Origin: Rhynchobatus australiae
Lineage: Eukaryota
Reading direction: 5' to 3'
Length of the DNA: 63,985 nt
Assembly: GCA_034780895.1 (NCBI GenBank)
Contig: JAUZTB010000098.1
Location: 97,198,456-97,262,440 of the forward strand
This document shows, one piece after another, positions 12,191 to 25,119 of this stretch. Every line of letters begins with the position of its first letter. Position 1 is the first letter of the stretch. The position numbers and the translations under genes are program-made. The notes beneath the pieces were generated by a model that had not been told where the DNA came from, did not search any database, and saw only the letters and a list, made by a program, of their open reading frames with translations.

Positions 12191-13624
12191 ATCATGTGCT
12201 GCTCTTGGTGTTCATGCAACATTGTTTAGTGTGGGACTTTTTCTCTATGAAGAAAGTCACAGCAAGAACACTGTCCCTCATCATAATCTTTTAATTTATT
12301 TAGTAAATTACTCTTGACTATTTGAAGATCTTTGAATGTGTGGAAGAAGTTGCCCCTGATTTATTTTTCAATATCTTCAGGGAGGTAGCAAGAGAGGGAG
12401 ATACTGAGATGAACAGTTGGAAATATTGGTGATCAGAAAAGGGAAATCCTAGCTATGAATGTAAACCAAATCCTTGTATTTCCCAGTGAGGGTGGTAGTG
12501 AATGGGATGGAGTGAGACAGATGAAGCAATCTGATTTCCTTACTTGTGCCCCCCAAGTGAACCTTTGTATATCCACATTGATGTGAACCATTGGATATGC
12601 AGGAGAAGTTAATGAATCTCTCCATTCCCACTAAATTGTAGCAAACATCCTCAATAAACTGCTGTGGAAATGGTTTCAGTTTTTGACTTCTCTGCAGCTT
12701 CATTGTTTTTCTAGTTGTATAAAATTTCAATTTCAAAACTAATCTTAAATTGTGTACCTGAGCTATGTGGGAAGATACTAACAGAAGACTTGCTTTAAGC
12801 CACTTAATTACGTTATTGTGGTGCTATTTTTGGAGAGATTTCTCTAGTTCCAATATGCTTCATGGTTTACCTCTGCAATGTTGTTCTTGTCATTCCCAGT
12901 AGTATTGCAGTGCCCGGGCTAATGTAACCTTGAACCAGAATAATAGCAGAGGAAATGCAAGTGTAGTGGGGATGTTTGGTCCTTGAATATGCAGCAGGTA
13001 TTAGTAACTCCCTGTGGTGGAGAAGACACATAGGAGGCAAGATGTGTTATTTGGTGTGTTGTAGTGGCAGGGTGAATCCTCTGCCAATATCTTTAATAAA
13101 CATCCTAATAAAGCCCTCTCTTGCTGTGACTTAACAGAAAATAGTCACAAAATTTGAACAATTTGGTTGATAGTGTTAAAGATGTTAATTGCAATGATTT
13201 GGGCTGTTTTTCTATAAATATATCCAAATATACTGGCATAATTTAAGAAATTACTTTTGGTTGTTAGAAGCAGTATAACCAAATCAAAGAAACACCAGTT
13301 GTAGTTTTCAATAACTAAAACTATTACTGCACTGACTGTTAAGAATTTCAAGGTCAGGCACCTACTGGTGGATTTGGGCAATGAGTTGTTGCAGCTACAT
13401 AAGAAACCATTGAAGAAGTGATAAGTGTGGTGTTAACAATTTTGCATTCAATGTATTCCATGGTGAGAGTGATATATTTATCAAATGTCTGTAGGGCACA
13501 TCTTGATCCAAANNNNNNNNNNNNNNNNNNNNNNNNNNNNNNNNNNNNNNNNNNNNNNNNNNNNNNNNNNNNNNNNNNNNNNNNNNNNNNNNNNNNNNNN
13601 NNNNNNNNNNNNATCCAAAACCAA

Positions 13625-14265
13625 AAATTCATAGAGTTATGCCACAAAGAAATGGGCCCTTCAGCTCAACTTGTCCACGCTGAACAAATTGTCTACTTGA
13701 GCTAGTTCCATTTCCCCACATTTGTTCCATGTCCTTCTAAATCTCCCCTATCCATGTACCTGTCTAAATGTCTTTTAAACATTGTAATTGCACCCACCTC
13801 TACCACTTCCTGTGGGAGTTTGATCCACATACCCACCACATTCTGTGTGGAAGAAGTTGCCCCTTAGATCCCTTTTTATATCTTTCCCCTCTCTCACCTA
13901 AAACCAATGCCTTCTAGTTTTAGACTCCTCTATATTGGGGGAAAAAGACTGTGACCATTCACCTTGTCTATGCCCCTCATGATTTTATACACCTCTATAA
14001 GGTCACCCCTCAGCCTCCTGTGCTCCAGGGAGAAAAACCCCAGCCTATCCAATCTCTCCTTATAACCCAAGCCCTCCAGTCCTGGTAACATCCTTGTGAA
14101 TCTTTTCTGCATCCGTTCTAGCTTAATGACATTGTTCCTACACCCAGAACTGCACACAGTATTCCAAGTCCAGTCTCACCAACCTCTTGTACGGCTGTAA
14201 CATGATGTTCCAACTCTTGTACTCAGTTCCATGACCAATGGAGGCAAGCGTGCCAAATGCCTTCA
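13625..14265 (-). mobile_element. CR1 LINE 3' fragment
   Basis: ORF 13930-14157 reads LERMQKRFTRMLPGLEGLGYKERLDRLGFFSLEHRRLRGDLIEVYKIMRG; CR1 3' UTR follows. Confidence 0.92.
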
Positions 14266-15014
14266 ATGGATTGAAACAGATTGAATAGGCTTTTTAAAGA
14301 CCTGGCATAGGCACAATGGACTGAATGTTGTCCTCCGACTTTGAAATAAATAGGTAAAGAATACATTTGGGAATCTCAACTGGATTGTTCTTTAACTTGC
14401 CTGCTGGTAATGGACAATTTCAATTTTCTTCATCACTTATATAACCCAGGAAGAATGGTGGTGTAGTGTTAACATTAACTCTGGTTTTTCTTTCTACAGA
14501 TGTTGCCTGGTCTGATTATGGCATGGTGTTGTAGCACCATGACATTTCTGTGGGCTTTGTAATCTGGGGAGTTCAAATCCCATCACAGTATTTTTGGGTA
14601 AATTTCAAATCATTTAATTCTGGAATTAAAAACTAGTATTAGAAATGCCACCGTGAAGCCACTGGATTGTCACAAAAACTTCACTTGATTCTCTAACCTC
14701 CCTTGAGGTAGAAAATCCTGTGTCTGTTGTTTGGCCTATATTTGACTCTTAGTAGAATGGAACTCTTTCATGTACTCTGAACCCCAAGTCATTCGGTTGA
14801 AGATTGGTACCCACACTCTGTGAATGAATAAAATATAAGCACATAGGGCCAGAACCAGCTAACTTTGCTCTTATATTGGATCCTAGGGANNNNNNNNNNN
14901 NNNNNNNNNNNNNNNNNNNNNNNNNAATGTCTCTGACACGTTAAAAACATTAACCATGACACTAATTAATTAAAATTATTAAACTAAAGCAATTTTAAAT
15001 GCTAACTTTCAGAA

Positions 15015-15825
15015 TTGGTTTATTATTGCTACATGCACAGAGATATAGTGAAAAGCTTTTGTTTGCATGCCATCCAGTCAGATTATTCCATACATAAAAT
15101 ACAAAACTTAATACATAGAATTAATTTGTACGAATGGTACGCAAGACAAGTTTTTCCTTACACCTTGGCATGAGTGACAATAATAAACGAATACCAATAC
15201 ACAAGTACATTGAGGTAGTAAAAAGGAAGAAACAGAATGCAGAACATAGTGTTACAGTTACAGAGAGTGCCATGCAGGTAGACGAATAAGGTGCAGGGGC
15301 CACAATGAGGTAGACTGGGAAAGCAAGAGTTCATCTTTTTGCATATAAGAGGTCCATTCAAGAGTCTTATAATGGTGGGATAGAAGCTGTCCTTGAGCCT
15401 GGTGGTATGTGCTCTCAAGCTTTTACATCTGCCCAATGGGAGGGGGAGAAAAGGAATAACCAGGGTAGGAGGGATCCTTGATTATGTTAGCTGCTTTACC
15501 AATCAGTGGGAAGTGTAAGTTGAGTCAGTGGAGGGGAGGCTGGTTTGTGTGATGGACTGGGCTGCGTTCACAACTCTCTGCGATCTCTTGAGGTCTTGAG
15601 CAGAGCAGTTGCCATACCAAGCTGTGATGNNNNGACAGGATGCCTTCTATTGGTCCATCTGTAAAAAAAAAGGTAAAAGTCATTGGGGACATGCTGAATT
15701 TCCTTGGCCTTCTGAGGAAGTAAGGGCATGATGTACTTTCTTGGCCATAGCATCCATGTTGCTGGACCAGGATAACTTATTGGTGATATTTACCCCTTAG
15801 AACTTGAAGCTCTGAAACTTCTCTC
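15015..15825 (-). mobile_element. Rex1/Babar-type LINE 3' fragment
   Basis: ORF 15158-15436 reads GRCKSLRAHTTRLKDSFYPTIIRLLN; 3' tail aaagcttttcact...aataataaacc. Confidence 0.85.
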
Positions 15826-16109
15826 CTAATTCAAAGGCCAAGAATCCCAATTTACATCAGTGGAATTTTGGATCAGCACCAGATGTATAGAATGTGAATT
15901 TTGTCTGTTTAATTTCTAGAAAAATTATAATTTTAAATGAGTGAAACTGAAAAAGGCATGTAATTTGTGTACTATTTTTACAATCTTTCAGTCAGTCAAG
16001 CAATCACATAGATATGTACACACAGGTACTTAATTAAAAGAATTGAGTATAAGTTGTGCCTGAACAACTTGTCCTCTCGCTTTTCATAAAATAATTCTGT
16101 AAGAACAAA

Positions 16110-17355
16110 TAGAGATGCTGTAATTGTGACCATCTTCAAGAAAGGAGTCTGATGATAGTGTCTGCAGACGGCTTTATCACAGCGACTGTCATTGCCAGGG
16201 TCCTCCTGAACCATCTCTCTCCTGAACTGCTCCCAAAATGGCCNNNNNNNNNNNNNNNNNNNNNNNNNNNNNNNNNNNNNNNNNNNNNNNNNNNNNNNNN
16301 NNNNNNNNNNNNNNNNNNNNNNNNNNNNNNNNNNNNNTAAATTGCTGCTTTTGACCTCGCTGTAGTTTTTTTGACTCCAATTGGAAGGGACTCTTGGAGG
16401 TGAGGGGGAGGGAGAACCCCTCTCAAATTCAATGGCACACAGAAATCTGTATTTGTTCCTCGACAGCATGCAAGATGTGATGTTAACAACAGGTCTACAA
16501 CAGTAATGACCATGTCAAGAAGCCTGTGTTATTTGTCCCAACACTTTTCTGTCTTCTTTGCCACTTTCTTGCATCCCACCTCCAACAAACTACCTGTGGG
16601 AGTGGAGCTAAAATTCAGAATTAACGTGAAGGTTTTAACCCACAGCAACTACTCTCCAGAACCAAGTACTCCCCAAACCTCCAGTGGTCTGTCTGCTATA
16701 TGCAAACCATGTTTTCATTTGCACATGCTCAGGTGTATCATTGACACTTCCACTACGCACATATGAGAGGTTGGGCCCTGTACTCAACATTTACAAGACA
16801 AAGGTTCCCTACCAATCTGCCTTACTATGCCACGTTGTCCTCCTACAGTAAAGGTTCATTGGCAAGACTCTTAAGTCTTCCAAATAAGCAAACCTCATCC
16901 AGGGCAATGTCCCCAGTACTGAGGTGCTAGTTACAAACAGTCAGGTATGCTGTGCAGGCCACTTTGTTCACCTGACCTAATACCAGACTCCTGAAACAGG
17001 TGCTCCCCTTCTAAGCTCTGTCAAGGGAGCGCAGAGAAAAGGTTCAAGGATGTACTCAAAAAAATCTCTTTGGAGAAATCAAATGTCCATACTGACAATG
17101 GCAGTCTCTGGCCCATGACAACTCAAGGTGGAGAAGGGGCATTCGAGGTGATATTGAGAACCTCCTGGGCCATGCATTGGAGTGCACAGATAGCCTGTGT
17201 AAGTGAGGGAAAGAGCCTCTCACCACACAAACTACCCACCCCATCTGTGGAAGAGTCTGTGGTGCCAACATTTGCCTCATCAATCATCTTGGAATCCGCA
17301 GTGCTGAAATGGAACTAAGTCATCCTTGATCTTTGATCCTTGGACTGCTGAAGGA
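16110..17355 (+). mobile_element. Degraded RTE-clade LINE (RT to C-terminal zinc finger and 3' end)
   Basis: RDAVIVTIFKKG, VIARVLLNHL, GVELKFR, LNIYKTKV, TRLLKQVL, QRKRFKDVLK and PICGRVCGANICLINHL are RTE ORF motifs in the expected order. Confidence 0.85.
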
Positions 17356-19289
17356 GATGTTCTCAGTCAATTACTCACACAGACATACCAAAAGCAGGCA
17401 CTTCTAATTAAAAGAACTTGGAATAAATTATACTTGAATGACTTGCCTTCTAGTTTTTCAAAAATATTTTAAAAAAACTAATAGCTTATTATTAGTGAAG
17501 TAATCTAACCTTTCAGCTAATTTTAAGGTTTACCAAAGCATCTTGGATGATCATGCACATGGCATTCTCATGATGCAGGACCTGCTCTCAGCAAACTGAA
17601 CCACCATGTTGAACAAACCCCTCAAAACAAATCCCTCCTCAGGGACTTTGTTGTCCAGACTATGTTGCCTTGAATTAGAAAGTTGTTAACGATGCACACA
17701 TTTCTAGCTATGCTGACTGTCAAAACTCAAGGGTTTTGATCTGGATGAGTACATGAATCACTTAAACATAGAAGGCTATAAACCAAAAGCAGATAAATTG
17801 GATTAATATTTATAGATATTTGGTGGTCACGTAGACATAGTGGTTTGAAGGGCCTGCTTCTGTCTTTGTATTACGATTTTTCAATGTTTCCGAATGTCTC
17901 TGTTCCGAAACATATAAACATTTTGTAAAATGAAATAAGTAACATGAATTTAAAAATAAGTTAAAACTGCTTAGAAACATTTAAAACATTTAAAGCAATA
18001 AATATAGCCTAAATCTTTAAAAGACATCTTAATTTCCCCTTTTTTCCCCAGAGCTCCCCAATTCCCTTTTGAAGTGACTGGATCGCAAATCCTGCACCAA
18101 GACGTGAGAGCCAATTCTCCTGGGTAAATGTTAGGCACTCAGTAAGTTCCCTTTGTGTCATGGGCTTCCCATGGAATCCAGTAGTGCAGCACAGCTGGGA
18201 GATGTGGAAATGGCCAGTGGAGCTTGGTCAGTAATTCGGGACCCTGCAGCATTCGTGTGGGAATCCTGAAAATTTCCCAAACTTCTGCTGAGAATTGTTG
18301 GCAGTTCAGCATGAAACTCTGGGCAAGACCTTGTACAATTTGGTCTGCAGCTTTATCTCTTGTATAAAAATTATATTTTGGAAATCAAATTCTAGTTCAG
18401 AAGAAATTATGGCCAAATATCTTTACTAAACAATTTAAATTATTCAGTTATTGACAAAACTTGATGGCGAACTATTTAGATCTTGAGTACCCATTATGCT
18501 TTCATAAACATTTCTGTTACAAATGTTTATATCGAGAGCTTGTTTGTATAATGTTGCTATATACAGCAGGAAGTTAAGTTTATGGATAGGAAAGACGGGC
18601 CACATTCAATTTCTTTTTATTATGTATACATAGATATGCATTATGGCAATGGTTTTGGATCAATATTAGACCGGGGTTTGTACAGTGAATCAAAAGGATA
18701 TCTATGTTGTTCATGCTAACGCTATTTGAAATTCTTTATTACCATATTTGATTAGTCACTGTGAAGAAAGGTACTTCAGCTTATTAGCCTGCAATATATG
18801 TGATGTTTATGCAGTTGGACAAAAGCCAAATGGTTTGTTGATGGCTTCTCTGGATAAGAAATTATTTTTTTCCTAGTTACTGAATGTTCTACTTAATTAT
18901 AGCCTTGCATTTGGTAATTCATTCTGAGTCACAAGTGTAATTGCTCAGTGATGGAAACTTGTGGACGCAGATAACAATTAGTGAATTTGTGACACAGTTG
19001 TTCATAGATCCATGTAATGGTAAATACAACTCAATGCTAGAAATCACGGCTCCAAACTGTATGCAATCTAGTGTCAACATTCTGATATGTTTCTAGATTT
19101 CTNNNNNNNNNNNNNNNNNNNNNNNNNNNNAATGTGACTTTTGTCTTGGCCTTTATCCCCATCATTGTGAACTGAAGTGGACCAGAATTGACCATTTACC
19201 CATTATCCAATTCCAAGGATAGATCATGCCTGCTGAACCAGACTGAATTTTTGGAAGAGAATGGGAGATGTACATTTTTAATATCCCTT

Positions 19290-19630
19290 TCTTGTCACCT
19301 TAGGATGTTACAAACTGACCCATAGCCTGTGTAATACTTTACTTTGGAAGTGTAGTCACTGCTGTAAGATAGGAAATTCTACAGGTAAGTTGCTCAAAGC
19401 AAGCTCCCACAGACAATAATATGATAATGATCAGGGATAAATATTACTGAAGAAACTGGGGACTGCTCTTCCTCAACACAGTATTACAGGATTTTATAGA
19501 GCTGACAGAATTCCAGTTTGACGTATTTGAAACAAAACACCTGTCAGTGAAAGACTTCCTCAACCTAGATCTTTGTGCTCAGCATTTTGAGAAGGGACAT
19601 AAGGCCCTAACGTTCTGAATCAGAGGTTCA
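19290..19630 (-). mobile_element. Deu-domain SINE
   Basis: gaagtgtagtcactgctgtaagataggaaa...gcaagctcccacagac...gggataaatatt...ttctgaatcagagg. Confidence 0.7.
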
Positions 19631-19639
19631 CCCTGAATT

Positions 19640-19880
19640 GTAGCTCAGTGGGTACTAATCTTTGAGTCAGAAGGTTATGGGTTTATCCTATTCCAGAGAT
19701 TTGAGAACAAAAGTCCAGGCCAACACTCTCTGGTGCATTACTGATGGAGTGCCGCACTCTGGGTATTAGCTTTCAGATGAGCAGTTTGATTGAGGTTATA
19801 TTTTTGTAAAATAACAATCCCATGGTGCTATTTTGAGGTGGAGCAAAGGAGTTATCCCAATGTTATTGCAACACATTCTG
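19640..19880 (+). mobile_element. Deu-domain SINE, head-to-head with the previous copy
   Basis: tagctcagtgggta (A-box-like), tgagtcagaaggtt, tccagagatttgag, tttcagatgag, cccatggtgctattttga. Confidence 0.7.
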
Positions 19881-21459
19881 AATAGAACTGATCCCATATT
19901 TGAGCCCTATGCAGTCATTTGCATAAGAGAACGCTTACTAGATTAATAACTGGAATGGATACTGTGTCTTACAAAGAAAAGTTGCACAAGCTAAACTTGT
20001 ATCTGCTGGGGCTTCAAGTGTGGAACAACTTGACTGAAACACACAAAATCTTGAGGGGTCTCAAAGGGTGGGTATGATTTCCTTTTGCATGTCAAACTAC
20101 AACTTGCCATTGTCCCAAAATGAGGGCTCATCCATTTCTATTTAGTCACCATATAACTATATGTGAGATTTAATGTGTGCAGATTGGCTGTCAATTTTCC
20201 ATGCACTATTGCAGTGTTACCACTTTAGTGAAAAAAAAGTTTTTCTTTCTCTTTGTTCCTCTGAACAACTTTTTCAGTGATAGGAAACATGGTTGTGTCT
20301 GGCAGATCTGCTGAGGGCTGAAGTCATAAAAGATCAGAGATTCACAGAGGACAGGTTCATTTACCTCCTTGATAAATATCTGAAGTCATTGTTGCATTGT
20401 TTTTTGGGGTTTGTCTCTTCTGACTCCAGACATAAGCAATTTGCAGTGGTCCATCTGAAAGGGTTATGGACAAACAAAAGATCTGACAGATCAAGTTATC
20501 TTAATTCAGTGCTTGAAGTTCATCTACCAAATAATTTGGAAAAGGTACAGGCAAACATTACAATTCTCTCTGTCTCTGTTTCACTATGGCTTGTTATCTA
20601 TGGATTTCTAACTCTCACAATCTCTCCCTTCACCACCCCATCCCCAGCTGCTCAGCTGTAAAGTCAAAGAGTTGGGAAAGCAATGTGCTGCTGATAATTT
20701 GCCAGCTACCAAAGGAAAATGAAATAAAGAATTGTTTTCTATCTGCCAAGCTTAATCATTTAACTTCGCAATTTATTTTGAGGGGTAATTCTTAGACAAA
20801 AAAGGAGCTAATGTATCTTGATAAACTGAAACAACAAGTCACTGGGAAACTGCAAGGCTAATTGCACATTAAAAGTGTGTATTGAAATATTATCATTTGA
20901 ATTCAGCTGGAAAAGAACAGAGAAAGAAGGCGGCGATTTATCCAAACAGAGCTGAGATCACTAGGAGCAATGATGGGNNNNNNNNNNNNNNNNNNNNNNN
21001 NNNNNNNNNNNNNNNNNNNNNNNNNNNNNNNNNNNNNNNNNNNNNNNNNNNNNNNNNNNNNNNNNNNNNNNNNNNNNNNNNNNNNNNNNNNNNNNNNNNN
21101 NNNNNNNNNNNNNNNNNNNNNNNNNNNNNNNNNNNNNNNNNNNNNNNNNNNNNNNNNNNNNNNNNNNNNNNNNNNNNNNNNNNNNNNNNNNNNNNNNNNN
21201 NNNNNNNNNNNNNNNNNNNNNNNNNNNNNNNNNNNNNNNNNNNNNNNNNNNNNNNNNNNNNNNNNNNNNNNNNNNNNNNNNNNNNNNNNNNNNNNNNNNN
21301 NNNNNNNNNNNNNNNNNNNNNNNNNNNNNNNNNNNNNNNNNNNNNNNNNNNNNNNNNNNNNNNNNNNNNNNNNNNNNNNNNNNNNNNNNNNNNNNNNNNN
21401 NNNNNNNNNNNNNNNNNNNNNNNNNNNNNNNNNNNNNNNNNNNNNNNNNNNNGTAGCTG

Positions 21460-22040
21460 AGAACAGCAGTATCTTTATCTGAAGTTGTTGAACTCCAAAT
21501 TGGGTCCACAGGTCTTTAGTATGCTTGGTCAAAAGATGAGAAGTTTCTTGAGCTTGTTTTGTACTTCATTTGAGCTGTATAGAAATTTGGGAGCAGAATC
21601 ACCAGAGTGGAATTGGGAGATCAGGTTAAGTGACAAGTTGTAGAAACTTGTGGTTATGTTTGAGGATTGAACAACTGTGTGCAATCCATGTTTATCTCCC
21701 TCTGTAGTGGAGATTGTGTTGTGAGCAGTGATTGCATTCTTCTGAATTGAACAAAGTAGATCAGTGTTTCGCTTTGAAAAGATCTTTGGCCTCTGGAGAC
21801 TGAAAAATAAGGGTCTTGTTGCTTCTGCGCTTACATGAATTGAAGTTGAAGTGTTGGTGTTTGAAGAATGGTCTGGGTTGTTGCAGAGAAAACGATTCTC
21901 TTGGATTGCTGAGAGGCATGAGGAAACCGTATGGTAGCATGGCTGTATGGAATTGTACACTGTTCTTGACACATTCACCAGCAGTGCAGTAGATGGTGCT
22001 AACAGACACCGTTTGCAAATTCCCCTCTAGAGCTGGTGAG
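21460..22040 (-). mobile_element. Possible decayed N-terminal ORF region of a Penelope-like element
   Basis: Frameshifted peptides RFLC...PTLQLQF, (R)STL and ILKHNHKFLQL...NKLKKL occur in the same order as in recalled fish/shark Penelope N-termini (FLS.CL...P.GFQLKFH, ILRSTL, LNKKLF...RKLQQL). Confidence 0.35.
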
Positions 22041-24688
22041 AGATGCACTGCTTTAATCTGCAAAATCACTCAAATTCTGTGAAATCTCAGGGGGTGAGAA
22101 TCCCTTTTTAATGAAAGATGGGTAAACATCTGTCCATGTCCATGATTAGCAACTTCCAGGTTTCTAAGTTGGCACTGTCCAAATGTTGTTGGCGGTTTGT
22201 TAATTATGGAGTAAATCAGGCCTCCTTCTGTTTCTCTTTCACTGGCATTTCACACCTGCCCAAAGCGTTTAACAACTTCCTATGAGCTATTTTTATACAT
22301 TGATATGGTTATATTGACCAGGAATGCCTTTGTCCTGTGGTTTACAAACTAAATCCAACTGTATTTTAGTTTATGTTAAAATAATTAACACTTTGATTTA
22401 TAACAAGATTTATCAGTTGTGGCTTATTGGGCATCATACTCAGCTCTGGCAGCAAACGTTACGGAGTCTGCTCCAGAGGCTTGAGGATAAAAATATAGTC
22501 TGNNNNNNNNNNNNNNNNNNNNNNNNNNNNNNNNNNNNNNNNNNNNNNNNNNNNNNNNNNNNNNNNNNNNNNNNNNNNNNNNNNNNNNNNNNNNNNNNNN
22601 NNGACTTAAGTGATACCTCACTTCTTTCTCACAAGGCTGTAAAATATAGCAAGAGCAAGACTATTTTGTTTTGTTCATGTAGTATGCCCAGCAGCACTGT
22701 ACATTTGATAACACTGTTTGGAGCATGTTTCAAAGTGATGGTGCTCCTTGGGATTAAATAAAATTACACTTACCAAGTTAGTTCATTAACACGGCACTTA
22801 TTTGGTATTACAATGAATTTAATAGCAATTTAAACTCCACTAAAGAAATCATGATTTGCTATATGAATATGTTTATTGGTTTCTTCCCTTTCTAACACAT
22901 GATGGATCACTTGCAGTGAATACAGTGTAGTAATTTCATCGAGGGAGTTGATTTGTAATTTTATCTGAATCTTTCACTGTTTCCCTTTTGCAACATACTG
23001 TGAATGATGTTTTGTTTTACAAATAACATCCCACATTCTAGTGCATCAATACTTAGTAACACATCTTGACGACTATTGCAGCATTGGATATCTTTTGGTC
23101 CAAGATATCTTATTTGCATATGCTGATCATTTGTGAATTTGAGACTTTGTATTATAATTGTAGGATAGTAAGAAGGAAGATTTAAATCATCTTAGGTAAT
23201 AATTATGGGCATGCCTTGCTCTATTTTCATAATAATGTTTCTTGTACCTGTTAGTCCCTTGTTATTTTTGTGGAGCTGGAAGTCAAATTTCTTTGATTAC
23301 ATGTTTAATTTTAGATTGTGTTTCTCTTGATTTCACTTGGTTATTTTATGTCTGTTCACTGATCATTTTTCAGGTAAATGAAAACTCTCTGGAGAGAGAT
23401 ATTTACCTTTGGCTACCAGTATCAAATATGTAGGGGTGGACTGACTGCCAATTATACTCGTCTGACAATATTTGGATCTGTTGAAGAAATGAGACTTGAA
23501 TCAAGAGCATTGAATCCAATTGCAGGCCAATATGCATGCACACATTTAGAGTTGGCAGCCAAAGACTTTCTTTCCCCTTTTAGACTGTGGAGACACCATT
23601 GTTATTCTGCTTCCAGAACTCTGTGCCTGGTTGATTATCCAGGGCCTTGACATTCAACTTGTGTTTTTGTGTAATGTGCTTTGATGTGAAACTCCAGAGA
23701 GTGCCGGAGCCTTGAATTTGGAAGAGTTGGATAGCTGACAAAGTTAGGAGGGCAATAACTTGGTCTGTATGGTCTTGTGATAGCTTAGCATAGAAAAGAT
23801 CTTATTGTCTGACATCAGCCCAACAGGATGCTATTATCTAAATATTTGCAAGGCCTGGAGTTGTGTTGGGGAAGGAATCATTTTTGGAAAGTGATCATGC
23901 ATAGGTTGGCTATTATGTGATTTTTATATTATTCTTGCATGGATAGATAGTATTTTGCGGTGGCTTTTACTTTTGCTTTTATGATGAAGCAGACACTGTT
24001 ATGATCAGTGACAGAAGGAAGGCAAGGTGTGGAACTGTTGGTGAAAGGGGAATTGGGGTAACTGGTGATACACTGACTTTAAAGACTACAAGGTAAGAAA
24101 AGAGCTGTGTAGATTGCTTGCTCTATTCTCTTTTCCCTTCCGCCTCCTTGGGTTCCATGGCTGACCGCAAGGGCTAACCTCTCAAAATGGTGAGGTTGTG
24201 CCTATTGTAGGAGTCTGGGTGAGTAACAATATACTGTATAGTGAGATCATAGGTGACCTGTGACCTAGCTCCAAATAAAACTCCATTGTCCTATATCCAT
24301 TTTCTTTTTTGTATGAAAAGAAATCTATTAATTTCCAAGATTGCTCCAGATTTCTGCTATCACTGCATGTACATGTAGTTCTTAAATTCACTTCTGAAGA
24401 GCCTGGTCCTAAAGCCTTGTCCTTTGTCAACTTGTAGCTACAATTTTTCTCATCTCGCCCATCATATCTCCTAAAAATTGTGCAATGCTTCCTTATTTTT
24501 TAACCATTTCAAGTGCAGGTATTATTTTGGTAAATGTTGTACATCTTCCAAGGCCAAAATATTTTTCTTAGTGAACTTTTATTCATCTGGCTTCTTCCAG
24601 GCTGGAGCTGGAGATATCAGTGTCATCTCAATGTTCATCATTATAACTTAAGGGAGGCCACAATTTCTCCTCTTGGAGACAGTCATTT

Positions 24689-24984
24689 AAGATATCTTTG
24701 TTAGTCACATGTACATTGAAACACACAGTGAAATGCATCTTTTTATGTAGAATGTTCTGGGGGCAGCCCGCAAGTGTTGCCACACTTCTAGCGCCAACAT
24801 AGCATGCCCACAACTTCCTAACCCGTACGTCTTTGGAATGTAGGAGGAAACCAGAGCACCTGGAGGAAACCCACGCAGACATGGGGAGAACGTACAAACT
24901 CCTTACAGACAGCGGTGGGAATCAAACCCCAATCACTGGCGCTGAAATAGTGTTACGCTAACCGCTACGCTACGGTGCAGCCCC
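24689..24984 (-). mobile_element. V-SINE, full length and little diverged
   Basis: Reverse complement shows A-box TAGCGTAGCGG, B-box GGTTTGATTCC, V-domain ggagtttgtacgttctccccatgtctgcgtgggtttcctcc and tail ...gtacatgtgactaacaaagatatctt. CpGs are retained. Confidence 0.9.
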
Positions 24985-25119
24985 TGAATTTGTCAAACAC
25001 GACATTGGAGAAGGTGTAATACTGGAGGATCTTGGTAAGACAGGGCTCACTTTGTTGGACCGCATTTGTTTCAGCGATGGGGCAACAACAGATTTAGATC
25101 CCAGAATTTGTCAGGAAAA

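Noticed and set aside
12449-12736. 95-aa minus-strand ORF with FIEDV...ERFINF, faintly RT-like
   Set aside because: Similarity is too weak to assign by eye.
23990-24100. Donor-like AAG|GTAAGA near 24092 with a purine-rich upstream segment
   Set aside because: No convincing acceptor and no recognisable peptide.
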